From NCBI GenBank assembly GCA_050239825.1, contig JBFXGO010000002.1:817-64816 (forward strand): a stretch of 64,000 nt of DNA, read 5' to 3'. The notes under the pieces were generated by a model, which was not told the DNA's origin, did no database searches, and worked only from the letters and a program-made list of their open reading frames with translations. Shown one piece after another: positions 39,376 through 49,793 of the stretch (position 1 is the first letter of the stretch; each line of letters starts with the position of its first letter). The stretch is from a bacterium. GTDB taxonomy: Bacteria > Hydrothermota > 32-111. Made by a program: the position numbers and the translations under genes.

Positions 39376-41027
39376 AAACTCCTCTTTCTGAGAGATTTCA
39401 GGGCGGCAGAGTAAAGAAATACAAAAAGAATCATGGTAATAATAAATACAACAGCTATTGCATAAAAAAAGTTGACATTGTTGAATTCAATTCTTTTGAA
39501 TGCATACTCAAAATATGTTTTTGTCGGATTTGAGAGAATTCCGAGGGTGAGACCTATATATGCAAGAGATGATATAGCGGATATTATTCCTCCGAATCCA
39601 CTAGCTATCTTTGAAGGGTTTGTCTCTGTAAACTCCGGAAGAAGGGCTCCTATGCCTGTATTTATTATCGTTATTCCAAATGATACAATAAAGGTGACAA
39701 CCATTGAAACAAGAACGACAATTCTGTCTATAGACAAAAACGCATTTGTCCCCACGATAAGAATCTGTCCTAAAACGCTTATCACTATGAAATTAAAAAC
39801 AAGCTTCGCATTAAAATAATCCCTTATATTCACACTGCTCTTTATAAGAGAGAATGTCCGTCCCTCAAGCGATATCAATGGAAATATGAATCTGACCGAG
39901 AGAGTCGCCATTATGTATGTCGAAAATCCTATGTTAGCAAATGCCAGAATGTAGGTATAGAATGGCGTCTTAAAATAAATGGGGCTTCTCACAATGCTTA
40001 TGCCGTAAAAAAGGAGAAGCAGAAGAAAGGTTACGGACTGCCCCCACTGAGACGGGTCCCTAAGAAAGACAAGCATGTCCTTCTGCATAAGAAGGGCAAT
40101 GCGGTTCTCTCTGAATACGGTTGGAAAGTCCATTCGGTTTTTGTGTTTGACGCTTCTTCTGCTTGTTTTTTCATACGACACATATTTACTGCTGTACAGT
40201 TTCATGAATATAAAAGTTGCCGCTATCGTCGGAATGAGATAAGCCGTCAGAAGCATGAGATAAAAGAGGTTGCTCCTATCCATTCTCTTGTTAAATATCA
40301 TCTCTATGACTATTCCGGAGGGCAGATACTTGAATTGCTCTACTTCAAGAGATGAAATGAACCTTTCTGCTTCGTAAAGGTCTGCATTTCTCGGAAGATT
40401 GAACAAATCGGAGGATTTCATGAAAAATATAGCTATAATTATAATAACCAATACAAGAACAACCGTTATGATTATGTTGCCTATTGATTTTTTTCTGAAA
40501 AATTCGGAGAGCATGAATGAGATAAACACTCCGACCGAGACTGCGATGAAGACCATTGTGAGAAAGAGAGCTGTTGACTTCAAGGTAAACCCGGCGCCGA
40601 AAGCAAACGCGCGGCTGAGAGCAAGCATGAGGGGTATCGAAATCATAAGAGTCGCCCATGATGCAAAAATTCCGTTTTCGATAAGCTTTATAATGAAGAT
40701 TTTCTTCGGATTTATCGGTGTCGTGAACAAAAACTCAAGTTCCGGCGTGCGGAAGAATGTTGTTACGGATGTCACAACGCTTGACATCATAAGCATAATA
40801 AAGAATGTGGAAAACATTATAGAGACAAGCCTCTGTGTTATGCTGTACCCTATTTCCGGATCCGACTGCAGGAGAAATGAAAATATCTTGTAAAAAATGA
40901 AATAGTTGAAATATAAAAATACTGAAATAACGCAGAAATATGTGAGAAGCCTGACGAAAGACTTTAAGTCGTGCGCTATGATTGACCTGAAAAATGTTTT
41001 CAGTCGTATAAGAATTATTTCATTCAT
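39372..41027 (-). CDS. ABC-2 type exporter permease with multiple TM helices
   Basis: Highly hydrophobic 551 aa with at least 10 predicted TM segments. Overlaps the start of the ATPase gene by 8 bp. Confidence 0.7.
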   Translation of the reverse strand: MNEIILIRLKTFFRSIIAHDLKSFVRLLTYFCVISVFLYFNYFIFYKIFSFLLQSDPEIGYSITQRLVSIMFSTFFIMLMMSSVVTSVTTFFRTPELEFLFTTPINPKKIFIIKLIENGIFASWATLMISIPLMLALSRAFAFGAGFTLKSTALFLTMVFIAVSVGVFISFMLSEFFRKKSIGNIIITVVLVLVIIIIAIFFMKSSDLFNLPRNADLYEAERFISSLEVEQFKYLPSGIVIEMIFNKRMDRSNLFYLMLLTAYLIPTIAATFIFMKLYSSKYVSYEKTSRRSVKHKNRMDFPTVFRENRIALLMQKDMLVFLRDPSQWGQSVTFLLLLLFYGISIVRSPIYFKTPFYTYILAFANIGFSTYIMATLSVRFIFPLISLEGRTFSLIKSSVNIRDYFNAKLVFNFIVISVLGQILIVGTNAFLSIDRIVVLVSMVVTFIVSFGITIINTGIGALLPEFTETNPSKIASGFGGIISAISSLAYIGLTLGILSNPTKTYFEYAFKRIEFNNVNFFYAIAVVFIITMILFVFLYSAALKSLRKRSL

Positions 41028-41763
41028 TGTTCTTCGTTATCTCCAGAAAAATATCTTCAAGATTATTCTTCTTTATTTTGTTTTTCAAATCCTTTATCTC
41101 TCCAAAATAAACAAGCTTTCCCCTGTCCATGATTCCTATCTTATTGCATATCTCCTCCGCAAGAGAGAGCGTGTGTGTCGACACAAAGAGAATCCTGTCC
41201 TCCTGAGCAACACGTTTGAAGAGGTCTTTGACTATTCTGCTTGATTTCGGGTCAAGACCAACCATAGGTTCATCTACAAGAAGTATGTTCGGATTGTGTA
41301 TGAAAGCCGATGCTATCACTATCCTTTGTTTCATCCCATGCGAATACTCTTCGGTTCTCGCATCCATATAATCCGCAAACTCCATCTCTCTGGAATAGAA
41401 TTCTATCTTCTTCTCAATGTCCGCCTCTTTCATTCCATATATTCTTCCGACAAAATAAAGAAACTCCCTTCCTGTAAGTTTGTCGTAGAGAAACGGAGTA
41501 TCAGGCACATACCCTATTCTTTTTTTGCTTATATCCGAATAGTTTTCGGCATTCCGATTATTTATTTCTATTGTCCCGCTTTGATAGTTGAGAAGCCCCG
41601 AAATGCACTTTATTGTAGTTGTCTTGCCTGCCCCATTTGGTCCGATAAATCCGAAAATGTCGCCCCCTTCAATAAATAGATTAAGGTCTTCAACCGCGGT
41701 CGTTTTTCCGTATTTTTTTGTAAGATGTTCAATCTTCAGCGATATTTTTTCTTTCTCTTCCAT
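41020..41763 (-). CDS. ABC transporter ATP-binding protein
   Basis: Walker A GPNGAGKTTT. Walker B LLVDEPMVGLD. Signature-like region LSGG-equivalent in HGMKQR. Confidence 0.9.
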   Translation of the reverse strand: MEEKEKISLKIEHLTKKYGKTTAVEDLNLFIEGGDIFGFIGPNGAGKTTTIKCISGLLNYQSGTIEINNRNAENYSDISKKRIGYVPDTPFLYDKLTGREFLYFVGRIYGMKEADIEKKIEFYSREMEFADYMDARTEEYSHGMKQRIVIASAFIHNPNILLVDEPMVGLDPKSSRIVKDLFKRVAQEDRILFVSTHTLSLAEEICNKIGIMDRGKLVYFGEIKDLKNKIKKNNLEDIFLEITKNNE

Positions 41764-43324
41764 TTTTCATCTTCTCCATTTTAATTTTTCTCAGTTTGTT
41801 TGCGAATCTGTGCGCCTCATCTCTGATTGATTTTATAAGAGTTGCTCCCGAAGTTCTTCCGTTAAGCATTATCTCTCTTCCTTCCGAATCATATAGAATA
41901 TCAAATCTTTTAGCCAGAGCGAAAACATCCAAATCCCTGCCTGTCTCTTTTACAATCTTCATGCAGGAGGAGAGCTGTCCGAGTCCTCCGTCAATAATTA
42001 TCATGTCAACAGGATGTTTTTCGAGATACCTGAAAAGCATTCTGCTCAAAGCAAGATAATCATTGTTGCCTATTTCTTCGAGATTATAGTACCTGTAAAG
42101 ACTCTTATAGGGTTTCCCGTCTTTGAATGCGACAACAGCTCCGGATGTCCACTCTCCGTTTACATGAGATATGTCGATGCCAACAATGTACTCCGGAATT
42201 CTTTTGAGATGCAGGTCTTCCCGTAGCTGTAAAACCGCCTTTGAAACAAACCTTTTGTTTATCGAAAAATAGAGTTCATTCTTTGCATTTTCAAGCGCTG
42301 TCTCATACAATCCATATTCATAAGATTTTTTTCCAACCTCTTTAACCTCAATATCCCTTTCTCTCATAACATCTTTTTTCACATCCTCTACAGATGCTCC
42401 CTCAACAAATATAACTTTAAAATCAAAATCCGTTGTTGTCATGTAGTATTCGGAGAGTATCTCTATCGCTACGGTTTCATCATCAAGTAGCGGATTGGCT
42501 GAAAATCTTTTTGTTATTATCTCATGTACTGTTCCGTTCCTCAGCTTCAAAACAGAAAATGCTCCCGAACTTTTTTCTCTCGCCATGGCGAAAATATCGG
42601 CATTTTTTCCTTTTAAGCCGGTCTTCTTTCCCCGTCTCATCTCTCGTTTGATAAAAGAAATGGTATCCCGTATCAATGCCGCAGATTCAAAATCCTCTGA
42701 ATCCGCATTCTTCTTCATCTCCTCTTCAAGCTCTTTAAGTATCTCCCTTGTGCCTCCGTTGAGAATTCTGCGTATTTTCTGCATCTTCTCCGGATATACA
42801 GCCTGCTCCTCCCCGAATTCACAGACCCCTGCACAATTGCCCATTTGATGCTCTATGCACGCCTTCTTGGGCAATTTTTTCTTGCATGTTCTGAGTTTAT
42901 AAATCTTGTTGATGTTTTCAACAAGAGTCTTTACATAGAGTCCGGAGGTGAAGGGCCCGAAAAACAGCCCTTCCTTCTCTGCGGCATAAGTATAAGAGAG
43001 GCGCGGATACTCTTCCTTTGAGAGCATTATGTAGGGATATTTGCTTGAATCTTTCAGTTTTACATTATACTTCGGCTTGTTTGCGGAAATAAGATTGTAT
43101 TCAAGTATAAGAGCCTGCTGTTCCGATTCCGTTATGCTGAATTCTATTTTTTTCGTCTCTCTTTTTATGAATTCAATCTGAGGGCGGGTGTCTTGATTGC
43201 CTGTGAAATACTGCTTGACTCTCTGTTTCAGCGAGTTGGCTTTCCCTATATAAATTATTTTACCTTCACTATTTTTAAATATATAGACGCCGGTTTTGTC
43301 TGGAACAGCTTCAAAATCAATCAT
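41729..43324 (-). CDS. uvrC: Excinuclease ABC subunit C. Apparently lacks a C-terminal (HhH)2 domain.
   Basis: GIY-YIG motif GVYIFKNSEGKIIYIGKANSLKQRVKQYF. EAHRFA motif near the C-terminus. 531 aa. Confidence 0.9.
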   Translation of the reverse strand: MIDFEAVPDKTGVYIFKNSEGKIIYIGKANSLKQRVKQYFTGNQDTRPQIEFIKRETKKIEFSITESEQQALILEYNLISANKPKYNVKLKDSSKYPYIMLSKEEYPRLSYTYAAEKEGLFFGPFTSGLYVKTLVENINKIYKLRTCKKKLPKKACIEHQMGNCAGVCEFGEEQAVYPEKMQKIRRILNGGTREILKELEEEMKKNADSEDFESAALIRDTISFIKREMRRGKKTGLKGKNADIFAMAREKSSGAFSVLKLRNGTVHEIITKRFSANPLLDDETVAIEILSEYYMTTTDFDFKVIFVEGASVEDVKKDVMRERDIEVKEVGKKSYEYGLYETALENAKNELYFSINKRFVSKAVLQLREDLHLKRIPEYIVGIDISHVNGEWTSGAVVAFKDGKPYKSLYRYYNLEEIGNNDYLALSRMLFRYLEKHPVDMIIIDGGLGQLSSCMKIVKETGRDLDVFALAKRFDILYDSEGREIMLNGRTSGATLIKSIRDEAHRFANKLRKIKMEKMKNGRERKNIAED

Positions 43325-44411
43325 AGTATTCGTTTATTTTTTCTATTACAAAATTCTGCTCTTTTGTATCAAGCTCCGGATAAATCGGAAGAGATAAAAC
43401 CATTTTTGACATCTGCTCTGAAACAGGCATACTCTCAATGTTAATATAAGGACTAAGAGCGGTTTGAAGGTGGAGGGGCACCGGATAATAAACAACAGAA
43501 TCTATGTCATTCTTTTTAAGATGCTCCATAAGAGAATCCCTATCCTTTACTGCTATCGTATACTGATGAAAGACATGTTTGGACAAACTGCCGGTTTGAG
43601 GTTTTACAACCTTCTTCGTGAGTCCCTCAAAGTATCTTTCCGCAAGAAAAATTCTTCTCTCGTTTTTCTCATCAAGATGTTTCAATTTTGCGTCAAGTAT
43701 TTCCGCATGCAGTGAATCAAGTCTTGAGTTGAATCCTATCTCTGAATGGACATATTTTTTTACGGCACCGTGTACTCTCAACAGCCGCACCTTTCTGTTT
43801 ATTTCGTCATCATTTGTAACAATTGCGCCGCCGTCCCCAGCGGCTCCAAGATTCTTTGTGGGAAAGAAGCTTATTGTTCCGGCTACTCCGAATGAACCTG
43901 TTTTTCTGCCTTTAAACTCCGCTCCGATAGCCTGCGCGCAATCCTCTATCACAATGAGATTGTTCTTCTTGGCTATTTCGGTTATCCTGCCCATATCTGC
44001 CGGATTTCCGTAAAGATGCACGGGAAGTATCGCCTTTGTTTTCTTTGTTATCTTTTTCTCTATCTCTTTCGGATTTATGTTGTATGTCTCTTCATCTATG
44101 TCTGCAAAAACCGGCTTAGCCCCTGCCTGCACTATTGTCTCGCCTGTTGCAAAAAAAGTGAATGGAGTTGTTATAACCTCGTCTCCCTCTTTCACTCCCG
44201 CGGCAATCATGGATATTAGAAGCGCATCCGTGCCGTTTGCAACACCTATGGCATGTTTGACTTTGAGATACTCTGCAAGATTGTTCTCAAAATTTTCAAC
44301 AGGTCTGCCGAGGATGAATGACCCTTCGTCAAATATTCTGTTTACTGCTTCAAGGTACTCTCTTCTGTAAAGCGAATACTCCCTTCTCGGGTCAAGCATC
44401 TTCACTCTCAT
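43317..44411 (-). CDS. DegT/DnrJ/EryC1/StrS-family PLP-dependent sugar aminotransferase
   Basis: FILGRPVENFE...AIGVANGTDAL and overall family architecture. Confidence 0.9.
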   Translation of the reverse strand: MRVKMLDPRREYSLYRREYLEAVNRIFDEGSFILGRPVENFENNLAEYLKVKHAIGVANGTDALLISMIAAGVKEGDEVITTPFTFFATGETIVQAGAKPVFADIDEETYNINPKEIEKKITKKTKAILPVHLYGNPADMGRITEIAKKNNLIVIEDCAQAIGAEFKGRKTGSFGVAGTISFFPTKNLGAAGDGGAIVTNDDEINRKVRLLRVHGAVKKYVHSEIGFNSRLDSLHAEILDAKLKHLDEKNERRIFLAERYFEGLTKKVVKPQTGSLSKHVFHQYTIAVKDRDSLMEHLKKNDIDSVVYYPVPLHLQTALSPYINIESMPVSEQMSKMVLSLPIYPELDTKEQNFVIEKINEYYD

Positions 44412-45004
44412 TTTTGAATGACTCCTTCGCGGGTTTTTTCATATACTCTTCCGCACTTAAAACATCTGTATGATGATTCATAGGAAGATATGTCGAATTT
44501 GTTTTTCATTTTTTCTCCGCATTCGCACATGTATCCGACTATTCTCGCAGGATTTCCGACAACCACGGCAAAATCCGGAACATCCTTTGTGACAACCGAG
44601 CCGGCTCCGACAAATGCCCACATTCCGATAGTTGTCCCGCAGACAATTGTCGCGTTTGCTCCGATTGATGCTCCGCGCCTTACGAGAGTCGCCACCCAAT
44701 CCCCATGCTTCGGATATGGAGCCCTCGGATTGAGGTCATTTGTAAATACCATAGACGGACCGAGAAAAACATCATCTTCAACAGTCACCATTCCGTATAT
44801 CGAAACATTGTTCTGAATTTTAACTCTCTCTCCCACAACCGCTCTGTTTTCTACGGTAACGGACTGCCCAATCACGCACATCTTTCCGATTTTTGCTCCG
44901 GATAAAATATGCGAAAAATGCCATATTTTTGTTCCATCTCCCACTTCAGCTCCATCGTCAACATAGGAAGATTCGTGAACAAAGTATTTTTTTTCTAACA
45001 TCAT
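44408..45004 (-). CDS. Hexapeptide-repeat (left-handed beta-helix) sugar N-acetyltransferase with a C-terminal CxxC...CxxC zinc-ribbon tail
   Basis: Repeated [LIV]G-x4 hexapeptides. C-terminus GYMCECGEKMKNKFDISSYESSYRCFKCGRVYEK. Confidence 0.8.
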   Translation of the reverse strand: MMLEKKYFVHESSYVDDGAEVGDGTKIWHFSHILSGAKIGKMCVIGQSVTVENRAVVGERVKIQNNVSIYGMVTVEDDVFLGPSMVFTNDLNPRAPYPKHGDWVATLVRRGASIGANATIVCGTTIGMWAFVGAGSVVTKDVPDFAVVVGNPARIVGYMCECGEKMKNKFDISSYESSYRCFKCGRVYEKTREGVIQK

Positions 45005-45918
45005 AAACTCCTGAAATATTCTGCCGTCTTTTTCAATCCCTCTTCAATTTCCACAAAACTAATTCCGTAATCTTTTTTTATCTTATCAGAGGAGACTACA
45101 CTGTTTACAACTTCTCCCATTCTTCTCTCTTTCAGCTCCGGCTCCAAAGTATACTCCGGATAATTCTTTTTTAAAAGATCATATATTCTCTTGACGCTTG
45201 TCTTTATTCCGGTCCCGACATTGTAGATTTCTCTGTCTCCGCTTGATGCTGATATAAGATTGGCGTTCGCAACATCTCCTACAAAGACATAATCTCTGTA
45301 CATCTCTCCGAATCCGTACAGAATGGATTTTTTCGAACTCTTCATGTTGTTTGCAAATATAGCCACGACGCCCGCCTCTCCCTTAACCGACTGTCTCGGT
45401 CCGTAAACGTTGGCATACCTTAAAATAGTATAATTTATGTTGAAGTTTTCAGAAAAGAACTGAATGTAAAGTTCTGACGCCAGTTTGGATATTCCGTATG
45501 GCGCCTTGGGATTCTTATCGAAATTCTCTTTCGCCGGAGATTCGGCCTCTCCGTACAGAGCACCGCCGGTTGATGAAAAAATTATTTTATTTGCTTTATG
45601 TTTTTTCATTGCATTAAGAATGTTTATAGTCCCGATGACATTTATTCTTGCATCCTTTTCCGGCTCCTCTGTTGAAATTCTTACATCTATCTGAGCCGCA
45701 AGATGAAAGACTCTCTCTATGCCGCAGGAGGCGAAGAGACTCTCCACATTTTCTTCATTTGAAATGTCTCCTCTGACAAATTGCGCCTTTGGATTTATGT
45801 TTTCCTCGCATCCGGTTGAAAGATTGTCAAAGACAACAACCTGATGGCCTGCTTCAACGAGTTTATCAACAACATGAGAACCTATAAACCCGGCTCCTCC
45901 GGTTACAAGCATTTTCAT
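45001..45918 (-). CDS. NAD-dependent nucleotide-sugar epimerase/dehydratase (SDR family)
   Basis: MKMLVTGGAGFIGSHVV Rossmann motif. 305 aa. Confidence 0.9.
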   Translation of the reverse strand: MKMLVTGGAGFIGSHVVDKLVEAGHQVVVFDNLSTGCEENINPKAQFVRGDISNEENVESLFASCGIERVFHLAAQIDVRISTEEPEKDARINVIGTINILNAMKKHKANKIIFSSTGGALYGEAESPAKENFDKNPKAPYGISKLASELYIQFFSENFNINYTILRYANVYGPRQSVKGEAGVVAIFANNMKSSKKSILYGFGEMYRDYVFVGDVANANLISASSGDREIYNVGTGIKTSVKRIYDLLKKNYPEYTLEPELKERRMGEVVNSVVSSDKIKKDYGISFVEIEEGLKKTAEYFRSL

Positions 45919-47378
45919 ATTACCACCTTCAATTTTCCTGTTAAATTTAAAACACCCCTGTTTGATATCTCTTCTCCGCTCTCCTCATACCCGTTCAGAA
46001 GCGATGCCAGAGCCGATATTTCAAAGCTTAATATTTTGTTGAATTTATACCCCATTCCTATTTCAGAGGAGATTATCCGGTCTATTGTTCCGGACGGAAA
46101 CGCAAGGTCGGAATCGGGCATCTCTGATTCCCATGAGTTTGTCAATTTCCCGTCACCTTGCCTCAAATAAGAAATGTCAAGATAAACTTCAAGATTCTTT
46201 GCTTGAATGGTTTTCACTCCAAATGAAATATTGTCCATGTCTGTGCCGGACATATATGACATCGGAGCATTGTAATAAGAGTATGACAGAGAGGTATATT
46301 GGTGGGTGTTTGTATATGTGTTTATAAAACAGTATTCTCCGTAAAATATGGGATTCATTCTGATGTTTAAGGAGAGAGAGCCGTTCAGAAGGAGTCCTAT
46401 TTTGTGCGGCACATACTCATAATCTTTGTCATACTGAAAATCATCTATAAAAAACTCTCCTGATAACAAGAGACCCTCTATTCTTTTATTGGAAATCTCC
46501 AATGACCAGAAAATATTGTCATCCGAGTGTGAATTGTGCTGTATCACATAATAGAACATCGCCGGATTGAGATAATACATCTGAGGCAGATTTGACCTGT
46601 AGAGGACAGTCTCTTTAAATGAGAGTGTTGTTTTAAAAGGAAGCTTGAATGACAGCTTGTGGCTTGACATGTAAGCATTGTCGACAGTTCTTTTGTTTGC
46701 ATGGTGATATTCTGATTTGTTGGCGGCAAAGAAGGAGAAGCTTCCGCTCTCCCAATAAATCTCTGCAAGCAAACCATCCATAGGCAGAATTTTTCTTGAA
46801 AAGAATATGTCATCCTTTATGCCCTGACCCCACGCAGGAAGAATCCTTCCGAACAAAATGCTCCATGCATCACCGAAAACAGCCGCATAGGTGTTGCGAC
46901 AATCGCTTCCTGTATTTTTCCACTCATCCATGCGAAATGATGTTGAATCGGTGTTTTCAAACGGAGCTTCGGTGAGAATTTCAAATACAAGAATTCCGTG
47001 CGGAATATTTTTTTTCGCATATAGAATGTTTTTAAAAAGATAGTCAACGGAATCGGAATATGAAACAAGGAAAGACGCGTCATCCTCTATGACAAGGTCA
47101 TCTCTTCTTGAGTATCTTTCAAGAATAGAGTTGATCGCTATAAGCTCCTCCTGTGAAAAACCGTTTTCTTTGTTCATCTTCTCAATCCATGCTGACTCTA
47201 TGGCGAGAATGACCTTATCCGACCTCATCGGAAGGTTAAGAAAGTCAATATCAATAATGTCTCTTCTCACAAGAAATTCTATTTCATCATAGAGAGGATC
47301 ATCCCTGAATATGAACTCCTGCGGAAATAATGTTAAAAAAGAGAGTGCCGCAAGAATTATTGCGGTAAAGATTTTCAT
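45915..47378 (-). CDS. Hypothetical secreted or outer-membrane protein embedded in the glycan cluster
   Basis: Signal peptide MKIFTAIILAALSFLTLF. Beta-rich. No catalytic motif recognised. Confidence 0.45.
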   Translation of the reverse strand: MKIFTAIILAALSFLTLFPQEFIFRDDPLYDEIEFLVRRDIIDIDFLNLPMRSDKVILAIESAWIEKMNKENGFSQEELIAINSILERYSRRDDLVIEDDASFLVSYSDSVDYLFKNILYAKKNIPHGILVFEILTEAPFENTDSTSFRMDEWKNTGSDCRNTYAAVFGDAWSILFGRILPAWGQGIKDDIFFSRKILPMDGLLAEIYWESGSFSFFAANKSEYHHANKRTVDNAYMSSHKLSFKLPFKTTLSFKETVLYRSNLPQMYYLNPAMFYYVIQHNSHSDDNIFWSLEISNKRIEGLLLSGEFFIDDFQYDKDYEYVPHKIGLLLNGSLSLNIRMNPIFYGEYCFINTYTNTHQYTSLSYSYYNAPMSYMSGTDMDNISFGVKTIQAKNLEVYLDISYLRQGDGKLTNSWESEMPDSDLAFPSGTIDRIISSEIGMGYKFNKILSFEISALASLLNGYEESGEEISNRGVLNLTGKLKVVI

Positions 47379-48766
47379 TATATGCCCCCTCCCTTTAAAA
47401 CTATCGGAATTGTCTTTACAACAATCGCAAAATCATATATAAGAGACCATTTATCTATATACTCCATATCCTTATACATCCAGTCCGTAAAATCAATTTC
47501 ATTCCTTCCGGAAATCTGCCAAAGGCATGTGAGTCCGGGTTTCATGGAGAGGCGTCTTCTGTGCCAGAACTCATACTCTTTTACTTCACTTAGAAGCGGT
47601 GGCCTCGGTCCGACAAAAGACATCTCCCCTTTTAGAATATTTAAAAACTGAGGTATCTCGTCAAGACTATACTTTCTTAAAAATCTGCCAAGCCTTGTCA
47701 CCCTCGGGTCTTCCACTATTTTAAAGACCGGTCCGCTCATTTCATTCTTCTCAACAAGCTTCTCCTTCATCTCCTCGGCTCCTTTTACCATAGTGCGGAA
47801 TTTAATCATTTTAAATGCTTTTCCGTTCATCCCCACCCTCTCCTGAATAAAGAGTATGGGTCTGCCCATGAAAACAAGTATCAAAAGAGTCACAAGCAGA
47901 TAAATCGGCATCATGAGAATAATAAGAATCAAAGAAAAGATTTTGTCAAAAAAATATTTAAGATAAATCGGCATCGGTTTTTCGTTGGTATCGGAGAATT
48001 CAAGAAAATCAAATCCAAAGACTGTCTGGGTTGAAACAAAGTTGTTTTTCTTGACATTGAATATTGTGTCAATGTTCACCATTGTTTTTATGCCCGACTC
48101 TGCAAAGAGGTTCAGGTATTCTTCTATTTTCTCGGAATCTTTCTTTTCACCGGCAAAAATTACAAGGTCGATAGGCATTGATTTTATTTTATCAGCCGTC
48201 TTTTTGTCAAATCCGTCTATATCATACTCATTTGCAAGAGTTATCCCCCAGTCTCTGTGAGAACGTATCAGCTGGGTTATCTGCTTGAATGCGGCGCCTC
48301 TTCCGATGATGACTATGTCGCTCAGCCCTTTATTGCTTCTGAATTTTGAGATTTTATAAAACTGATACAGCTTTCTCTCTGCTACAAGAAAAATGACATT
48401 TATCGCAGAAAAAAGCAGAATGAAGATTCTTGAAATTATAAATCCCTTTATAAGAAATGTAATCGAGAGTATGAGAATGGTGCCTACAAAGACAATCTTT
48501 GTCACATCGTATGCAATTTCTTTAAATGATTTATTCGGCAGAATCTGAACTTCGCGGCTGCCGGAAAGAAGTATCGTCCACACGAGCAGAATAAGAATAA
48601 AGAGGAGGGCATAATACTGTATATCGACAAGAAAGCTGTTGTTGTCTATAACAAGAAAGCTTCTTATGAAGAATGCAAGGGCGAATGCCAAAACAGTGAC
48701 AAGCAGGTCAAGAAACACAAGGGATATCCTCGTGTGTTCCCTTTTACTCCCCAGAAGCATCTTCAA
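47378..48766 (-). CDS. Polyprenyl-phosphate glycosyl-1-phosphate transferase (Bac_transf/WbaP-PglC type) with N-terminal TM bundle
   Basis: RPILFIQERVGMNGKAFKMIKFRTM and DEIPQFLNILKGEMSFVGPRP are bacterial sugar transferase signatures. Confidence 0.85.
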   Translation of the reverse strand: MKMLLGSKREHTRISLVFLDLLVTVLAFALAFFIRSFLVIDNNSFLVDIQYYALLFILILLVWTILLSGSREVQILPNKSFKEIAYDVTKIVFVGTILILSITFLIKGFIISRIFILLFSAINVIFLVAERKLYQFYKISKFRSNKGLSDIVIIGRGAAFKQITQLIRSHRDWGITLANEYDIDGFDKKTADKIKSMPIDLVIFAGEKKDSEKIEEYLNLFAESGIKTMVNIDTIFNVKKNNFVSTQTVFGFDFLEFSDTNEKPMPIYLKYFFDKIFSLILIILMMPIYLLVTLLILVFMGRPILFIQERVGMNGKAFKMIKFRTMVKGAEEMKEKLVEKNEMSGPVFKIVEDPRVTRLGRFLRKYSLDEIPQFLNILKGEMSFVGPRPPLLSEVKEYEFWHRRRLSMKPGLTCLWQISGRNEIDFTDWMYKDMEYIDKWSLIYDFAIVVKTIPIVLKGGGI

Positions 48767-49793
48767 TTCTCCTGTAATTTTTCAGCATTTTAAGAAGAGA
48801 GTATACAAAAATCATTGCTGTAAAAATTCCGTATAATACAAATACTGCCGGCGATGGGAAAAGAAATGAGAGCACTGAAAATGCCGCAAATATTATGTTT
48901 ATTCCATATATTAAAAGCACAACCGTATTGTGTTTCGTCCTACCGCCCATAAGAATGTGATGAATGTGATTTTTGTCAGGCGCGAAGAGCGGTCTTCGGG
49001 CAATAACTCTTCTTACAACAGAAAGAACAAGGTCAAGGAATGGATATGTGAAAAGCACTATAAATGCATACCATGACTCTGTAAGATGGTATGAGAGAAG
49101 CATTATCATCATGGAAAACATACTGCCGAGGAAGAGACTCCCGGTATCGCCCATAAAAATCTTCGCCGGATAAAAATTAAAGACAAGAAACCCTCCCAGA
49201 GCCCCCATAAGAGAGAGTGTGAGAAAGACAAGGTACGCCTTGCCGGTAAGCACTGAAAAGAAGAGAAGAACCGACGAGAGTATGAATGATACTCCTCCGC
49301 ATAGTCCGTCAAGCCCGTCAACAAAATTGATTCCGTTTATAACAGTTGCAAAAAGAACTGCTGAGAGTATTGTAAGAGTTGCATTTGTAAAAATTATATT
49401 GTTGAAAAGAATCGCTAGGTCGTTTCTGTTCCAAAGAAAAAAGAATGCCCCAGCCAGTAGTTGAAACATAAATTTTGATTTCGCAGATACTCCATGCACA
49501 TCATCGATGAGTCCGATTACAAAAAACAGAGTGCTTGTCGAAAGAAGCTTAAGGGTGGAGCTGTCCGCTTCAATTATTCCAACGGCATTCAGGACTATCA
49601 TGGTTATCCAGGTGGCTCCGAACAAACCGATGCCGCCCAGGGTCGGAATCTTCTCAGTGTGAACCTTTCTTTGATTTGGAATATCATGAAAACCAAAATC
49701 TATCGCAAGCCTCTTTATTATATTGACAAGAAGCGCAGAGAGCATTCCCGAGAGAAGTATTATTGGTAATATTAATTTATTCATATTTTTCAA
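48744..49793 (-). CDS. MraY/WecA-family (glycosyltransferase family 4) UDP-HexNAc:polyprenyl-phosphate HexNAc-1-phosphate transferase
   Basis: FNFYPAKIFMGDTGSLFLG and DGLDGL motifs. Multi-TM. Confidence 0.85.
   Translation of the reverse strand: MKNMNKLILPIILLSGMLSALLVNIIKRLAIDFGFHDIPNQRKVHTEKIPTLGGIGLFGATWITMIVLNAVGIIEADSSTLKLLSTSTLFFVIGLIDDVHGVSAKSKFMFQLLAGAFFFLWNRNDLAILFNNIIFTNATLTILSAVLFATVINGINFVDGLDGLCGGVSFILSSVLLFFSVLTGKAYLVFLTLSLMGALGGFLVFNFYPAKIFMGDTGSLFLGSMFSMMIMLLSYHLTESWYAFIVLFTYPFLDLVLSVVRRVIARRPLFAPDKNHIHHILMGGRTKHNTVVLLIYGINIIFAAFSVLSFLFPSPAVFVLYGIFTAMIFVYSLLKMLKNYRRIEDASGE

Noticed and set aside
39472-40893. Plus-strand ORFs antisense to the ABC-2 permease gene (39472-39819, 40399-40893)
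   Set aside because: They are embedded antisense in a coherent multi-TM CDS, with no independent support.
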